NCBI GenBank assembly: GCA_977862235.1
Contig: OZ374561.1
Location: 310,001 to 374,000, forward strand
Origin: Dudresnaya verticillata
Lineage: Eukaryota
Length of the DNA: 64,000 nt
Direction: 5' to 3'
Below are positions 1-10,719 of this stretch, piece by piece. How positions within the stretch are numbered: position 1 is the stretch's first letter; every line of letters starts with the position of its first letter. The position numbers and the translations under genes were made by a program. Below the pieces are notes generated by a model, which was given only the letters and a program-made list of their open reading frames with translations, had not been told where the DNA came from and did no database searches.

Positions 1-942
1 GCTTTCTCGTCCTCCATCGAGCCGAGAGAGCGCAAAATCAGCGAGCACGTTCTACGGCACGGTGATGGTGTCAAAGATGTAGCTTTCCGTGTTGACGACT
101 GCGCGGCTGTGTACGAGCGGGCTGTCGCGGCAGGCGCTGTACCGGTTTCGAAGCCCAAGGTTCACGAAGGGGATGAAGGGGTGTGTGTTATCGCTACCAT
201 TGAGGCGGCGTACAAAGACACTTGGCATACATTCATCGAACGCAGGCGCTATCGCGGCACGTTCCTGCCGGGCTTTGCGCCGGTGACTGATGAGGACCCG
301 CAGCTAAGTCTTGTGGAACCTACTAATTTGCGATTTGTGGATCACTGTGTCGCTAACCAGCCTGATGGGCAGATGGAAAATGTCGTTCAGTGGTATGTTG
401 ACAAGCTGGCGTTTCATAGATTCTGGAGTGTTGATGACAAGCAGCTGCATACAGAGTACAGCTCTCTGCGCAGCATTGTCGTAGCAGACTTCCATGAGCG
501 CGTCAAGATGCCTATCAATGAGCCAGCTTCAGGGTTGAGAAAATCTCAGATTCAAGAGTTTGTTGAATACTACGATGGGCCGGGCATTCAGCATATCGCG
601 TTGAATACAGCGGATATCATCACTTCTGTATCGAGGTTGCGACAGCGCGGAGTTTCTTTCATCCGTGTTCCGGACACATATTACGAAGACCTTCGAAACA
701 GACTGAAGGGGAGTGCTACAAAGGTAGCGGAAGACCTGAAGAGATTGCAATCTCTGGGAATTCTTGTTGATTTCGATGAAGGTGGGTACCTGCTGCAAAT
801 CTTCACGAAGCCAGTCCAAGATCGGCCTACTCTGTTTATTGAAATCATTCAGAGAAGGTCGCATGAGGGGTTCGGGGTTGGTAACTTCAAGAGCCTTTTC
901 GAGGCAATAGAAAGAGAGCAGGCGTTGCGTGGAAATTTATGA
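1..942 (+). CDS. HPPD: 4-hydroxyphenylpyruvate dioxygenase, 5' end outside window
   Basis: Frame is open from base 1 (HGDGVKDVAF). Motifs DHCVANQP, SQIQEFVEYYDGPGIQHIAL, GYLLQIFTKP and GFGVGNFKSLFEAIEREQALRGNL. Confidence 0.97.
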   Translation, partial: AFSSSIEPRERKISEHVLRHGDGVKDVAFRVDDCAAVYERAVAAGAVPVSKPKVHEGDEGVCVIATIEAAYKDTWHTFIERRRYRGTFLPGFAPVTDEDPQLSLVEPTNLRFVDHCVANQPDGQMENVVQWYVDKLAFHRFWSVDDKQLHTEYSSLRSIVVADFHERVKMPINEPASGLRKSQIQEFVEYYDGPGIQHIALNTADIITSVSRLRQRGVSFIRVPDTYYEDLRNRLKGSATKVAEDLKRLQSLGILVDFDEGGYLLQIFTKPVQDRPTLFIEIIQRRSHEGFGVGNFKSLFEAIEREQALRGNL

Positions 943-1426
943 GCAAAACTCATATGGAAAGTGGACAGAGATCTCTCCTCTGCGGGCTGCTCTTGCGAGC
1001 ATGATTCAGAAACGGGACTAAACATTTGATATGAAGCAAGGCTGTTCCCAACCATCTCGCGAAACAGAGCGTTGCACGCTTGCGATATGAATCATACAGT
1101 TGTCGTTTATCACTGGCGAGCCACCATGATGCCACCAGCCCGATTGCATTGCTGGAGCGGTGTAGTGTTGCAGGCTTGATATCAAGCCATCAATAGCTGC
1201 TTTGTGTATTGTAGTTTGCTAATTATGCTGATGAGGGGATTGCTTGCAGTTGGTGATCAATAGATGGCCGTTACGCCTATTTGTTTGACAGCCATCTCCG
1301 TGGCACGTGTGAAACTGCAAGAGCCAGTCGGTCATGGAGCAGCTGATGCAGCTGTTGTGCAGGCTGCGAGATTAAGGTACCACCGGAAGGATGATCGACT
1401 TGTTATGAATAGCATGGCAGACTGTT

Positions 1427-2617
1427 CTACAGAATTAGCCACTGTTCCGGGACACCTCGCTCATGCCGCGCATATCCATCAACATGGCACCTGTGGCCGA
1501 CGCCTCGCTCATGTTGCCCATACCCATCAGCATGGCACCTGTCAACCTCAACGTCAGTGTCGCCGCTGGGCTGGACGAATCCCCCACGAGGCTGGCCATG
1601 GTCCTGCTCGGCGCATCCACCCACAAGCACGTAGCGTTTGCAACTCATGCTACTGCGCGCCTCTCCATCGGGCTCGGTGTCTCCCTCCTGGCTACTAACG
1701 CTCTCCATACCAAAATCCTCGATATCGGCTTCCTTATTTCGACCACCCGCCTTCTGCAATGAATTGCGCAAAGAGCGTCCAGCAAACCAAGAATGGTCTT
1801 TGACCATTTCCAAATCCCATCGCGTCTTCGGGTCTTTGACTAGCAGCTTGGCAAGCAAGTCTATCACTTCTTCAGACAAGTGTGCTGGATACTTCGGACG
1901 ACACTCGCTGACTTTTCGTAGCACCTCACGTTCACATGGGTCGTTGAAGGGCTGACCGCCAACGACTAGTACGAACAAGATCACTCCGACGGAAAATGCG
2001 TCTGACTTCCGCCCGTCATATCCTTTGTCACTGCTCCAAACTTCCGGGGCACAGTAGTGCGGGCTGCCGCAACTCGTCCGCAGCAACATGCCCTCTCGGT
2101 CTTTCATTGCACCGAATCCAAAATCAGTCACCTGCAGTTGACTCCCGGAATCAAGTAGCAGGTTTTCCGGCTTTAAGTCACGGTGAAAAACGCCATGAGA
2201 ATGACAGTAGGAGACTGCGTTCACCAGCTGGATGAAGAAGCGGCGCGCCTCGCCTTCGCTAAATCGCCCATGAGTCAATAAGAGATCATAGAAGTCCCCA
2301 CCTGAAGCTAAGTCCATGACAAGGTAGACCCTTCTTTTGGACTCCATGACTTCGTGAAGTCGGATAATGTTCGGATGATCTAGAGCTCGCAAAATGCTCA
2401 TCTCCCGTCGAATATCCATGTTCCCGCTGATGCTTTCATGAAGGACCGTCTTCTCAACTATCTTAATTGCGAACATTTCCTCAGTATGAACGTGACGGCC
2501 GCGCTTCACCTTCCCGAAGTTACCGCTGCCCAAGGTGTCAAGCAACTCATAAGGACCAATACATTCACCATGTACACCAGGCATCTTCGTCTTTGAACAA
2601 AAGAAATTCATGGTCAA
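1427..2617 (-). CDS. Ser/Thr protein kinase, CAMK group (SnRK/CIPK-like)
   Basis: GSGNFGKV, FAIK, HRDLKPEN, DFG, RTSCGSPHYCAPEV. No NAF motif seen. Start codon and C-terminal tail are uncertain. Confidence 0.92.
   Translation of the reverse strand: MTMNFFCSKTKMPGVHGECIGPYELLDTLGSGNFGKVKRGRHVHTEEMFAIKIVEKTVLHESISGNMDIRREMSILRALDHPNIIRLHEVMESKRRVYLVMDLASGGDFYDLLLTHGRFSEGEARRFFIQLVNAVSYCHSHGVFHRDLKPENLLLDSGSQLQVTDFGFGAMKDREGMLLRTSCGSPHYCAPEVWSSDKGYDGRKSDAFSVGVILFVLVVGGQPFNDPCEREVLRKVSECRPKYPAHLSEEVIDLLAKLLVKDPKTRWDLEMVKDHSWFAGRSLRNSLQKAGGRNKEADIEDFGMESVSSQEGDTEPDGEARSSMSCKRYVLVGGCAEQDHGQPRGGFVQPSGDTDVEVDRCHADGYGQHERGVGHRCHVDGYARHERGVPEQWLIL
1455..1542. repeat. Imperfect 48-bp tandem duplication in kinase 3' end
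   Basis: cctcgctcatgccgcgcatatccatcaacatggcacctgt is repeated 48 nt later as cctcgctcatgttgcccatacccatcagcatggcacctgt. Confidence 0.8.
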
Positions 2618-4007
2618 GGGAAACTTCGCTCGCAGGGAGAAAGGCTACGATTGAAACCGCAAACAGAAGCTACTCTTCTTCCGCTGCCTTCTCAAAGGGC
2701 AGATTCAGGACTGCTGCACCTATGGTCTTCCTTCGCGGAAAACACCACCCAAAGCTTCCCTGGGATGGAAGCATGGAAGCGGAAACGCAGCTTTTGTTCC
2801 CTGGGAAGGCTCTCTGCAGCATCGTTCCCTGGCAGCTCCGACATGGAATCGAAGAAGTGCGGGCTCGAGTGCGCGAGTGAATTCGAAGAAAGGTGGCCAG
2901 CTCATCCACGAGAAGGGAATAATTGTACGGAGAGTGTTCGCTGGCGGGATAGCAGTATCAGTCATCACACTCTTGCAACGAAGAGGTGGATTAGTGATGT
3001 GGATTAGTGCAAAGCAGTTGCTCCTGGAGCGGGCCGGCTGTTGGGGCAAAAAGCTAAACCCTGAACAGGGCGACAGTTTCACGTGAAAGAGCAGAGCCCC
3101 CCTTCTAGCATATGCTGTGCGTTTCATGGCACTCCTGGCCGGGTGACCTTCGACAAGTGCTGTCGTGGAGGGCGGTGAGAGACTAGCAGGTTGTAATGAA
3201 ATTTCAGATGTCGCTCGGACGGGCGTATGGATGTGGATGTGCTGATGTTAGCACCGACTGGGCTCTCTGGCCGCTGAGGTTGAGGTTGCACCTGAAGTGT
3301 TGGAGTCGTAATTGGATGGGGGCGGGGGACTCATTTGCAATTCTGACGGCTTGCGACGAAATTTGAATGCATGCAATTAGGCACAAACACCTCAATCTTC
3401 CTTGCTACTGATAGACGCGACTAGGATCGAATGCGGGGCTCTAAATCCCTGCCCGGCGTCGAATTGTATTGCTCACAGTACTGAGCAACCAGGAATGCTA
3501 CTGCACGAAGAAAGTCAGAACAAGCTGAGGCAGACAAGGAGTGTTGATACTCCTCATGATTTACTGATTCTGCGGAAAGGACTCTGTGCGTGGTTTTGTA
3601 GAGCTCCGTCGGCTGTTGTGCAGCTTCCCAATGCGCAGCAGTCTTCCCAAGGAGTATAATAGTCCCATTGCAGTAGGGCCGCTTGTCTGCACAAGGTCAC
3701 GTTCGACCGCTTCGTCAGGCTAGCAGAGAGCATTCCTGATACTGTAATGGGGTGAAAAAAGGTCTCAACGCAAGAATCTCAAGGGGCATCAAGACCTACA
3801 GTATGCTACAACTGCGTAGCTTTCCTACGTGCGAAGTGCGCTAAAGCTGCAGGGAGCAGGATTTCGCACTACTGCGAAAGGTGATGACGGCTGATTTGCA
3901 CTTGCGGGCAGGTGAAGTAGTAGCAAATTTGCAAGGGGTAAAAACCGTAACAAAGGCGAAGGTAGGCATGCCTTCTGTCGCCACCGAGGCTGACGCTGCA
4001 AAGACCA

Positions 4008-4203
4008 TTAAAGAACTCGCTATTCGCTGTGTGGTGCGCAAGCAGGCAGCGGCCAACTTCGCTGCCAGTGCATTCTGTGCATGGTAAGAAGAACCCCGTC
4101 GACCGTTAAAGAATTCGCTATTCGCTGTGTGGTGCGCAAGCAGGCAGCGGCCAACTTCGCTGCCAGTGCATTCTGTGCATGGTAAGAAGAACCCCGTCGA
4201 CCG
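4008..4203. repeat. 98-bp near-perfect tandem duplication
   Basis: ttaaagaactcgc...gtcgaccg at 4008 and again at 4106. One mismatch seen (gaactc vs gaattc). Confidence 0.95.
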
Positions 4204-6011
4204 AACCGTGATCCACGTAAACCCTCGTTCCACCTTCGCGTTGCACCGGGCACGGGGATTGACTGATACGCAAGGAGACGAGGAGGGACAAAGACCTCGC
4301 CGTTGCCGAATGGCGGCATGCCGTTGGCAACGGGCATTCCCCTTCCTTGTTCGCGTTCGCGAGAGATATTAGGGTGATATTCGCGCGATACTGAAAAATG
4401 CATGACGAGGCTGAGGCTTAACGGAATTGCGGCGCAGAGGCCGTGATCGTGCTAGTGTTTTCAGAGAGGTGAAAGAGGGTAGGGTGCTGGCGGAGAGGAG
4501 CGGATGCGGTTGATTACGGGCGTGTCCCGTCCGTCCATGCCGCGGACGCGCTGAGAGATGAGCCCGGGTCGGCATGCGCTTCCGTTCCAGAGCAATCTCA
4601 ACGCAATACTTGCCGCGGCGCGCAGGGTAACCTTTTAGATATGGATGCGACAGCGATTGCAGACTGCGAAGCCTTTCGCTGCGCAAGGCGGGGTATGTTG
4701 CGCAACCAGGGATTGCAAGAGTACCCCGATAGGGGGTAGTTGCGTGTGCATTCACTCTGCGAACTTGACAGCAAAATCTGAGTGTGTCCGGCGAGAGAGG
4801 CCTGCCGCCATTATGGGTACTTGTCCTCACCAGGCAGCGCCGAGATCGTCCCGATAGAGCGCTAGAGATGAACGAGTTGAGCTCCCGTGAGCTGTTGGCG
4901 GCTACGCAAAAATAGTGGAGAGCGGAGATATTATTATCGCGGCGGTTTGCAAACGGCGGACGCGTAGTGGCGGGGAGTGCGAGAAGTATCTCTCAAAGTA
5001 TCTGGGGGCGTTGGGGGGTTCGTCCGTGCGGAGCCGGGGCGGCTAGGCGGGGTTCAGTGCACAGAGGACCTCAGCTGGAGTTGCGAGCACGGGCCGGTTG
5101 AGTGTGTTCGTCCAAGCGCGCACCGGCTGGGCAAGGGAGGCCGAAAGCGGGGTGCCACGCGGTGGATGCTGGAAGGTGATCAATCGGATGCAAGCGGGGG
5201 CTACCCCTCGTGGTAACCCTAAACACCGTGGTGGGATGCGGCTCGCTGCAGGAAGGCGTCAAACAAACAGCATACAAGTGGAGCGGGGCATCGCTGTGCG
5301 CGCGCACGGCGGCCGGAAGACCGCAGGGCAAAGGGAGAAGAGACGACGACTGCGGCTTTTGACTTTGGCACCGGCGCCGAGAACCAATCCCGAGAACGAA
5401 CGAAACAGAACGACGCGCGCGACGCGCGACGCGATCAGACGCGATCCGGCCGCACTTCCGCCTCCAATGCTGCGCGGCCGGCGCGAGGGCTGAACCCTGC
5501 GGCGCCGCGAGCCATGGCGGCGGGTCACAGGCCGAATCAATGCGCGGCAACCACCCGAGCGCCGCGCTGATTGGGCGCCAGGTCTCTCCCGGGTGCGGCG
5601 TCGCCCCACAAACACCCGGTAGAAATCCACTAAAAATCGACCGCAGCTCGTTGCCGAAAAAAGCGCGGCGGATCACGCACCGCCCCCGGCGCTTATTTTT
5701 CCGCTAAAAATGCCGCCACCAACCATCTCCCCAACTCCGCCACCACCCCGTCACACCGCCTTTATGTGGCTAGCAGCTCGCCGCACGCATCGCCGTCCAC
5801 AGAGCCGTATCCGCCATTCGCTGCGGCCCGCTCGAACCACCAGTCCATCCCTGCTCGCCGCCCTTGCCCACACGCTCCAATCTCGCTTATCTCGCCTTCC
5901 ATTTAACTCCCCTTGACTCATCCCTTCGCCCGGCGAACTCCCCACGCCCCACACCGGACCGCATCGCCCCTTTCCTCACCGACAACCTGCTGCCCCGAGC
6001 GCGCACCAGCC

Positions 6012-7862
6012 ATGTCCGCCGTCGCCTTCGCCGCACCCGCCCCGGTCCCGCCCCGCTCCGTCGCGCCCCCACCGCTGAGCCTTGCTCCCGCCGTCCCGAG
6101 GTGCGCCCTACGCGACGACCTTCCCTCGCGCCCCCCCCGCCGCAGACCGGCTCCGGCCGCCCGGCAGCAGGGTGTCGACCGCACACCCCGCACCAACCCT
6201 TCCCAAAAGCCCGCCCCCGGCCAACAGCCGGATACGAATCGCTCTCTGGCGTCGCTGCACGAGCTCACGGAGCGTATCGCCGACCTGCTTCATGTCGGCT
6301 CCATCCAGAAGAGTGGCCCCTTGCACTGCCTCAAGGATGCCCCGCTGGGCTACCTCTCCGCCACAACCCATGTCGCCGTCGTCTTTGGCAAGCATCTTGT
6401 ACGAGACCAAGTCACCGTCGAGTACGCGAAGCGTGTTGTCACTCTGGTCAAGCAGATTGCATCTGGCGCGCTCAACCCCGATGTCATTTGCTTCACCGGC
6501 GGTAAGGGGCTCAACGATGAGTCTGTTGTGTCGGAGGCTGTTGTCGGGTACTCCCTGTTTCGCAGTATTTGTGAGGAGGCCCAGATCGACGTGTCACGCT
6601 TCAAATTCATGATAGAAGAGCGTAGCCATAACACGAAGGAGAACCTGGGCAACGTTATTGAGGAGCTGCGCCGCCGCTCCGGCTCAGATGCCGTGGCTGC
6701 CTGCCACTTCACTCTCGTGTCCAGTGACTATCACCTCATTCGTATCCAGGAGGTTCACCGTCTCAACCCACGTCAGAGCATCCTATTCCCCCTGGAAGTG
6801 TCATCAGCGACGTGGAACTGCATCTTTGCAGCCTATCCGTTCTGCGTCAGCCGGGATCCTGCAACGGCGTTCCTTGGCCGAGCGGTAGTGCTCGCGAATG
6901 ACCTTGGCATCGTGCTTGTTAACCTGAATGGCGCATTGGACGACCGCCAGTTCATCGCAAAGGAGAACCTATACCGCCTCAACGAGACTTTCGCCAAGAT
7001 CCGTGAGATGTACCGTGTCATCGACACACGCGCGGCTGCCTCAGGTGGGTTCCGCACCGACATGCGTATGCACGCTGAGACTATCGAGCTCGCCATTCAT
7101 GACATTCGCGAGGTGCAAACCCTCCTCAGTCCACTAAAGGAAATCGGCGCGTCGGTCCGTCAGGCCGACCTTGAGGTGGCGCGAGACCTCCTCGCGAAGA
7201 CTATTAGCCGGATGCGGTCGTCCATGGATCCGGACAGAGTACTTCGCGTCCACGACCGAATGGCAATTATTGATGACATGGTCAGTTTTGTCAACGAGCA
7301 GCGCCTCAGACCACGGCAGAGCTCCACAGCCGGACCGTCACCGTCAGGACCAGAGAATGCACCCATTGCTGAAGCCGAAACAGATACATTGGACCCGCTC
7401 GTCGATATCAAGTCGGAACCATCGCTGTTCGAGCGTACAGAGGAGGACGGCAACTCCGCTCCGAGGCGAAAGACGACAAAGAGGTCTGTGATGGCCAGCG
7501 AGGTGACTTGGAGGGGTGGCGAGATCTTCAAGGGCAACGGAAAGAGGATCACTAGGGACGGTCCGAATCTGGTTATTACGGACAGTGGCCCCCCACTGCT
7601 CTCAACGAGCCAGCCAAGTGTGAAGAGGACACGTGCTCGACGACGAACAGTGTCGCAGAGTGACACTTTGGCAGGACGCCTTGGCCTCGTTTCTGCCGAT
7701 CAAGTCCAAATCTCGACAACGTCGGCCAGGACTCCTCGTTCATCCAGCGCCCGGACCCGATCTGCAGCGGCTCAGAAGAAGACTACGAGTGCATCGGTGG
7801 CGCCGAAGAAGCGGAAAGCCGCGTCGAGGAAGCTTACCAGGCCGTCAAGTGAGACAGCATAG
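6012..7862 (+). CDS. DUF218/YdcF-family domain protein with probable plastid transit peptide and basic disordered tail
   Basis: VVFGKHL, CFTGGKG, SEA, EERSHNTKEN, LVSSDYHLIR fit the DUF218 pattern. First ATG at 6012 gives MSAVAFAAPAPVPP. Confidence 0.8.
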   Translation: MSAVAFAAPAPVPPRSVAPPPLSLAPAVPRCALRDDLPSRPPRRRPAPAARQQGVDRTPRTNPSQKPAPGQQPDTNRSLASLHELTERIADLLHVGSIQKSGPLHCLKDAPLGYLSATTHVAVVFGKHLVRDQVTVEYAKRVVTLVKQIASGALNPDVICFTGGKGLNDESVVSEAVVGYSLFRSICEEAQIDVSRFKFMIEERSHNTKENLGNVIEELRRRSGSDAVAACHFTLVSSDYHLIRIQEVHRLNPRQSILFPLEVSSATWNCIFAAYPFCVSRDPATAFLGRAVVLANDLGIVLVNLNGALDDRQFIAKENLYRLNETFAKIREMYRVIDTRAAASGGFRTDMRMHAETIELAIHDIREVQTLLSPLKEIGASVRQADLEVARDLLAKTISRMRSSMDPDRVLRVHDRMAIIDDMVSFVNEQRLRPRQSSTAGPSPSGPENAPIAEAETDTLDPLVDIKSEPSLFERTEEDGNSAPRRKTTKRSVMASEVTWRGGEIFKGNGKRITRDGPNLVITDSGPPLLSTSQPSVKRTRARRRTVSQSDTLAGRLGLVSADQVQISTTSARTPRSSSARTRSAAAQKKTTSASVAPKKRKAASRKLTRPSSETA

Positions 7863-8675
7863 GTCGGATAAGGCACCAGTGCGTTTTTTTTCTCGGAGCC
7901 CCCTTTTCTGGTTTGGATTCGAGTTTTGCGTTGCTCTTTGTACAACGCGTCTAACTGTCGCCCCCATGGTTGCGTGGCGTGTGAGGATGTCCAATATGCT
8001 AGCCGTCTTGATACTTGTCTTTTCTTGGGCTACAAAAAGATGGCTTAGGGTCTTTCGTCCAGAGTTATTTTACTTTGGTTCTGCGACTACTCCGGTTGCT
8101 GTTGGAGCAAAGCCTGAACTCCAACCGCAGCTTGCGTTTGGAACCCAATCGCAACCGATTTGTGGTGTGACTTGGAGTGACTAATTTTGTGCTCAAAGGG
8201 ATATGTAGCCCTTAGTCGGATGGATGACGATCCGAACATGTATGACCTCTCTGGCTATCGCCTGCAACTTCAAGTTCCATAGTTCTTTCTTCTCATAACA
8301 GTTTTTCTTCCCTAAAGTCACAGAGAGGTCATTAAAGCCTCCTGGTATTAGAGACTTCCCCGGTAAAACGATATATATTGCCGGGCACGCATCGAGATAT
8401 TTCTGGAGGCAGGCACACTGCTTTTGTTCCAGAGCTTCGTATCTTTCGGAAAGAAGTCAACAAGCAAAAACGAAATGGTGGTCTCTGCACCGAAGTTTGT
8501 TCACCACCATGAGCGCAAGCGGCACCTCTCATGCAATCGTCCGTGCAATTATGTAATTGGGGCGGCAAGCGCTTACTTATGCACTGATCCATGGTCAATG
8601 TCTAAGACAAGATAAAAGGCTAGAGTGACCCAGAAGTGGCTACAGTTTACATCTTCGATTGTACTAGTGCCCAAC

Positions 8676-10232
8676 TCAGGGGTCCGGCTGCTTCGTTCGC
8701 AGAGTAACTATCTCTTCTGCACTTACAGGATGGACCGGCATGGTGGAATCGAAATCCTTCTTCGTAGCGCCGGCCTTCATTGCAACGCCGATGATTTGGA
8801 TCATATCTCCAGCCGCAGCATCGAGCATATGGCATCCAACAACCTTGTCAGTCTCGCGCTCAACAAGGAGCTTCATAAACACCTTCTCACCTTCACGCTT
8901 CGTGAGAGTATGCTTCATGGGTCGGAACGAGGTCTTGTACACATCAATGCCGTGCTTGCCGTACGTCTCACGAGCTTGCGCCTCGGTGAGCCCGCATGTG
9001 CCAATGCTCGGGGTTGAAAATACCGCCGTAGGAATGTATTCATAGTTAGTGTTCCGCGGGTTGTTTCCGTACACTGTATCCGCGAATGCATGTCCCTCAT
9101 GGATAGCCACAGGTGTTAGGTTGACCCGATCTGTGCAATCCCCGACGGCATAGATGTGGTCAACACTGGTCTTGCTCCAATCATCGACGACTACTTTCCC
9201 TTTCGCACCAGTTTTCACACCAGCCGCTTCCAATCCAAGGTTGGCTGTGTACGGTACACGCCCGGTTGCATACATCACTAGGTCTGTCTCGACAACATCG
9301 CCGCTGTTCAACGTAGCTTTGAACGAGCCATCCGCATTTTTCTCCACCTTAGAAATCTCGGTCTTGAATCGAAGATCAACACCGCCGGTGCGCATCTCAC
9401 CGGCGAGATGGTCGCGCACCTCATCATCAAAGCCTCTCAAAAACTTTTCCCCGCGGTACAATTGGACGACCTGTGCTCCGAACCCGTGGAAGATGCATGC
9501 AAACTCAACGGCAATATAGCCACCGCCCGTGATGAGGGCACGCTTGGGTAAGTCAGGCAGGTAGAACGCCTCGTTCGATGTGATAACATGTTCTTTCCCT
9601 TCGAAATCTGGGACAAACGGCTTCCCGCCCACAGCAATGAGAATTTTGTCTGCAGTGTATGTTTTATCCGCCACCTGCACCGTATGCGGGTCAATGAACT
9701 TAGCAGTGCCCACAAGCAAGTCCACACCTGCCTTATCCAGCAACCGGCCATAGATGCCATTCAGGCGCTCAATCTCCGCGTTCTTGTTCCGGATCAGGCG
9801 AGGCCAGTCGAGCTTTGGCTGCGCGCTGACATCCCATCCATAGGCTGCCGCATCATGAAAGTCATGTCCGTAATGGCTTCCATACACGAACAGCTTCTTC
9901 GGAACACAACCAACATTCACACACGTCCCTCCCAGCGCAGCCTGCTCTGCCACAGCGACCTTCGCTCCATGCGTAGCGGCGATACGACTGGCGCGTACAC
10001 CGCCGGAACCAGCGCCAAGGACGAGAAGGTCGTACTGGAATCCATGTGAGAGAGTCGGCGCGTCGGACGGGACGGCCTGCGTGGCGATTGACATGGCTAG
10101 ACGGCGAGTTGGATGAGGACGGCGCGCGATCGATCGGCGAAGAGGAGCGTAGCGCGGGTTCAGATGGGAGCGCAGGCAGGGCACGCGGCGAGTGGCCAGA
10201 GCGACCGAGCTGGCGAAGGCGGCCTGCATCAT
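8676..10232 (-). CDS. GR: Glutathione reductase, probably plastid-targeted
   Basis: GAGSGG FAD motif, GGTCVNVGCVPKK redox disulfide, GGGYIAVE, C-terminal HPVSAEE. ATG at 10232 gives MMQAAFASS transit-like leader. Confidence 0.96.
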   Translation of the reverse strand: MMQAAFASSVALATRRVPCLRSHLNPRYAPLRRSIARRPHPTRRLAMSIATQAVPSDAPTLSHGFQYDLLVLGAGSGGVRASRIAATHGAKVAVAEQAALGGTCVNVGCVPKKLFVYGSHYGHDFHDAAAYGWDVSAQPKLDWPRLIRNKNAEIERLNGIYGRLLDKAGVDLLVGTAKFIDPHTVQVADKTYTADKILIAVGGKPFVPDFEGKEHVITSNEAFYLPDLPKRALITGGGYIAVEFACIFHGFGAQVVQLYRGEKFLRGFDDEVRDHLAGEMRTGGVDLRFKTEISKVEKNADGSFKATLNSGDVVETDLVMYATGRVPYTANLGLEAAGVKTGAKGKVVVDDWSKTSVDHIYAVGDCTDRVNLTPVAIHEGHAFADTVYGNNPRNTNYEYIPTAVFSTPSIGTCGLTEAQARETYGKHGIDVYKTSFRPMKHTLTKREGEKVFMKLLVERETDKVVGCHMLDAAAGDMIQIIGVAMKAGATKKDFDSTMPVHPVSAEEIVTLRTKQPDP

Positions 10233-10719
10233 GGGGCTATATGGGGATGAAGAGTACAGCGTTGATCTCGCTATTGGTGCGGGCAAGTCGTTTTTGTGCG
10301 TTTTGTTCCTTCTGTGACAGAATGGACTGCCGCGTTAGCAGATTTTCTACGTGCACTTGGTGCTCCACAAGCGAGATGCAGAAGTGTGTGTCGGCTACTG
10401 ACATGGGGGCTCGGGAATATTCTGCAAACGTCGAATCGAAGCCAATTGAGAGCACGACGGATGCATTCGAATGCATTTCTGGTGCACGAGATGGGCACCG
10501 CATCGTAAGTGCGCTACGGATATTGGGGGGCTACCGAATGCCAGACGACCCGTGCCCTTGGAAGTTTGGGGAGCTGTCTCCAGTAGACCACTAGACCTGA
10601 TCCATGCAAGCAGTATACAATATATACTGTACAACGAGGAAGACAACTGCCGGGGCTCATCAAGAATCGCATTAGTCTTGCTTTCACTGCTATCGGAGAA
10701 GGAAGACCATCCATCCGCA

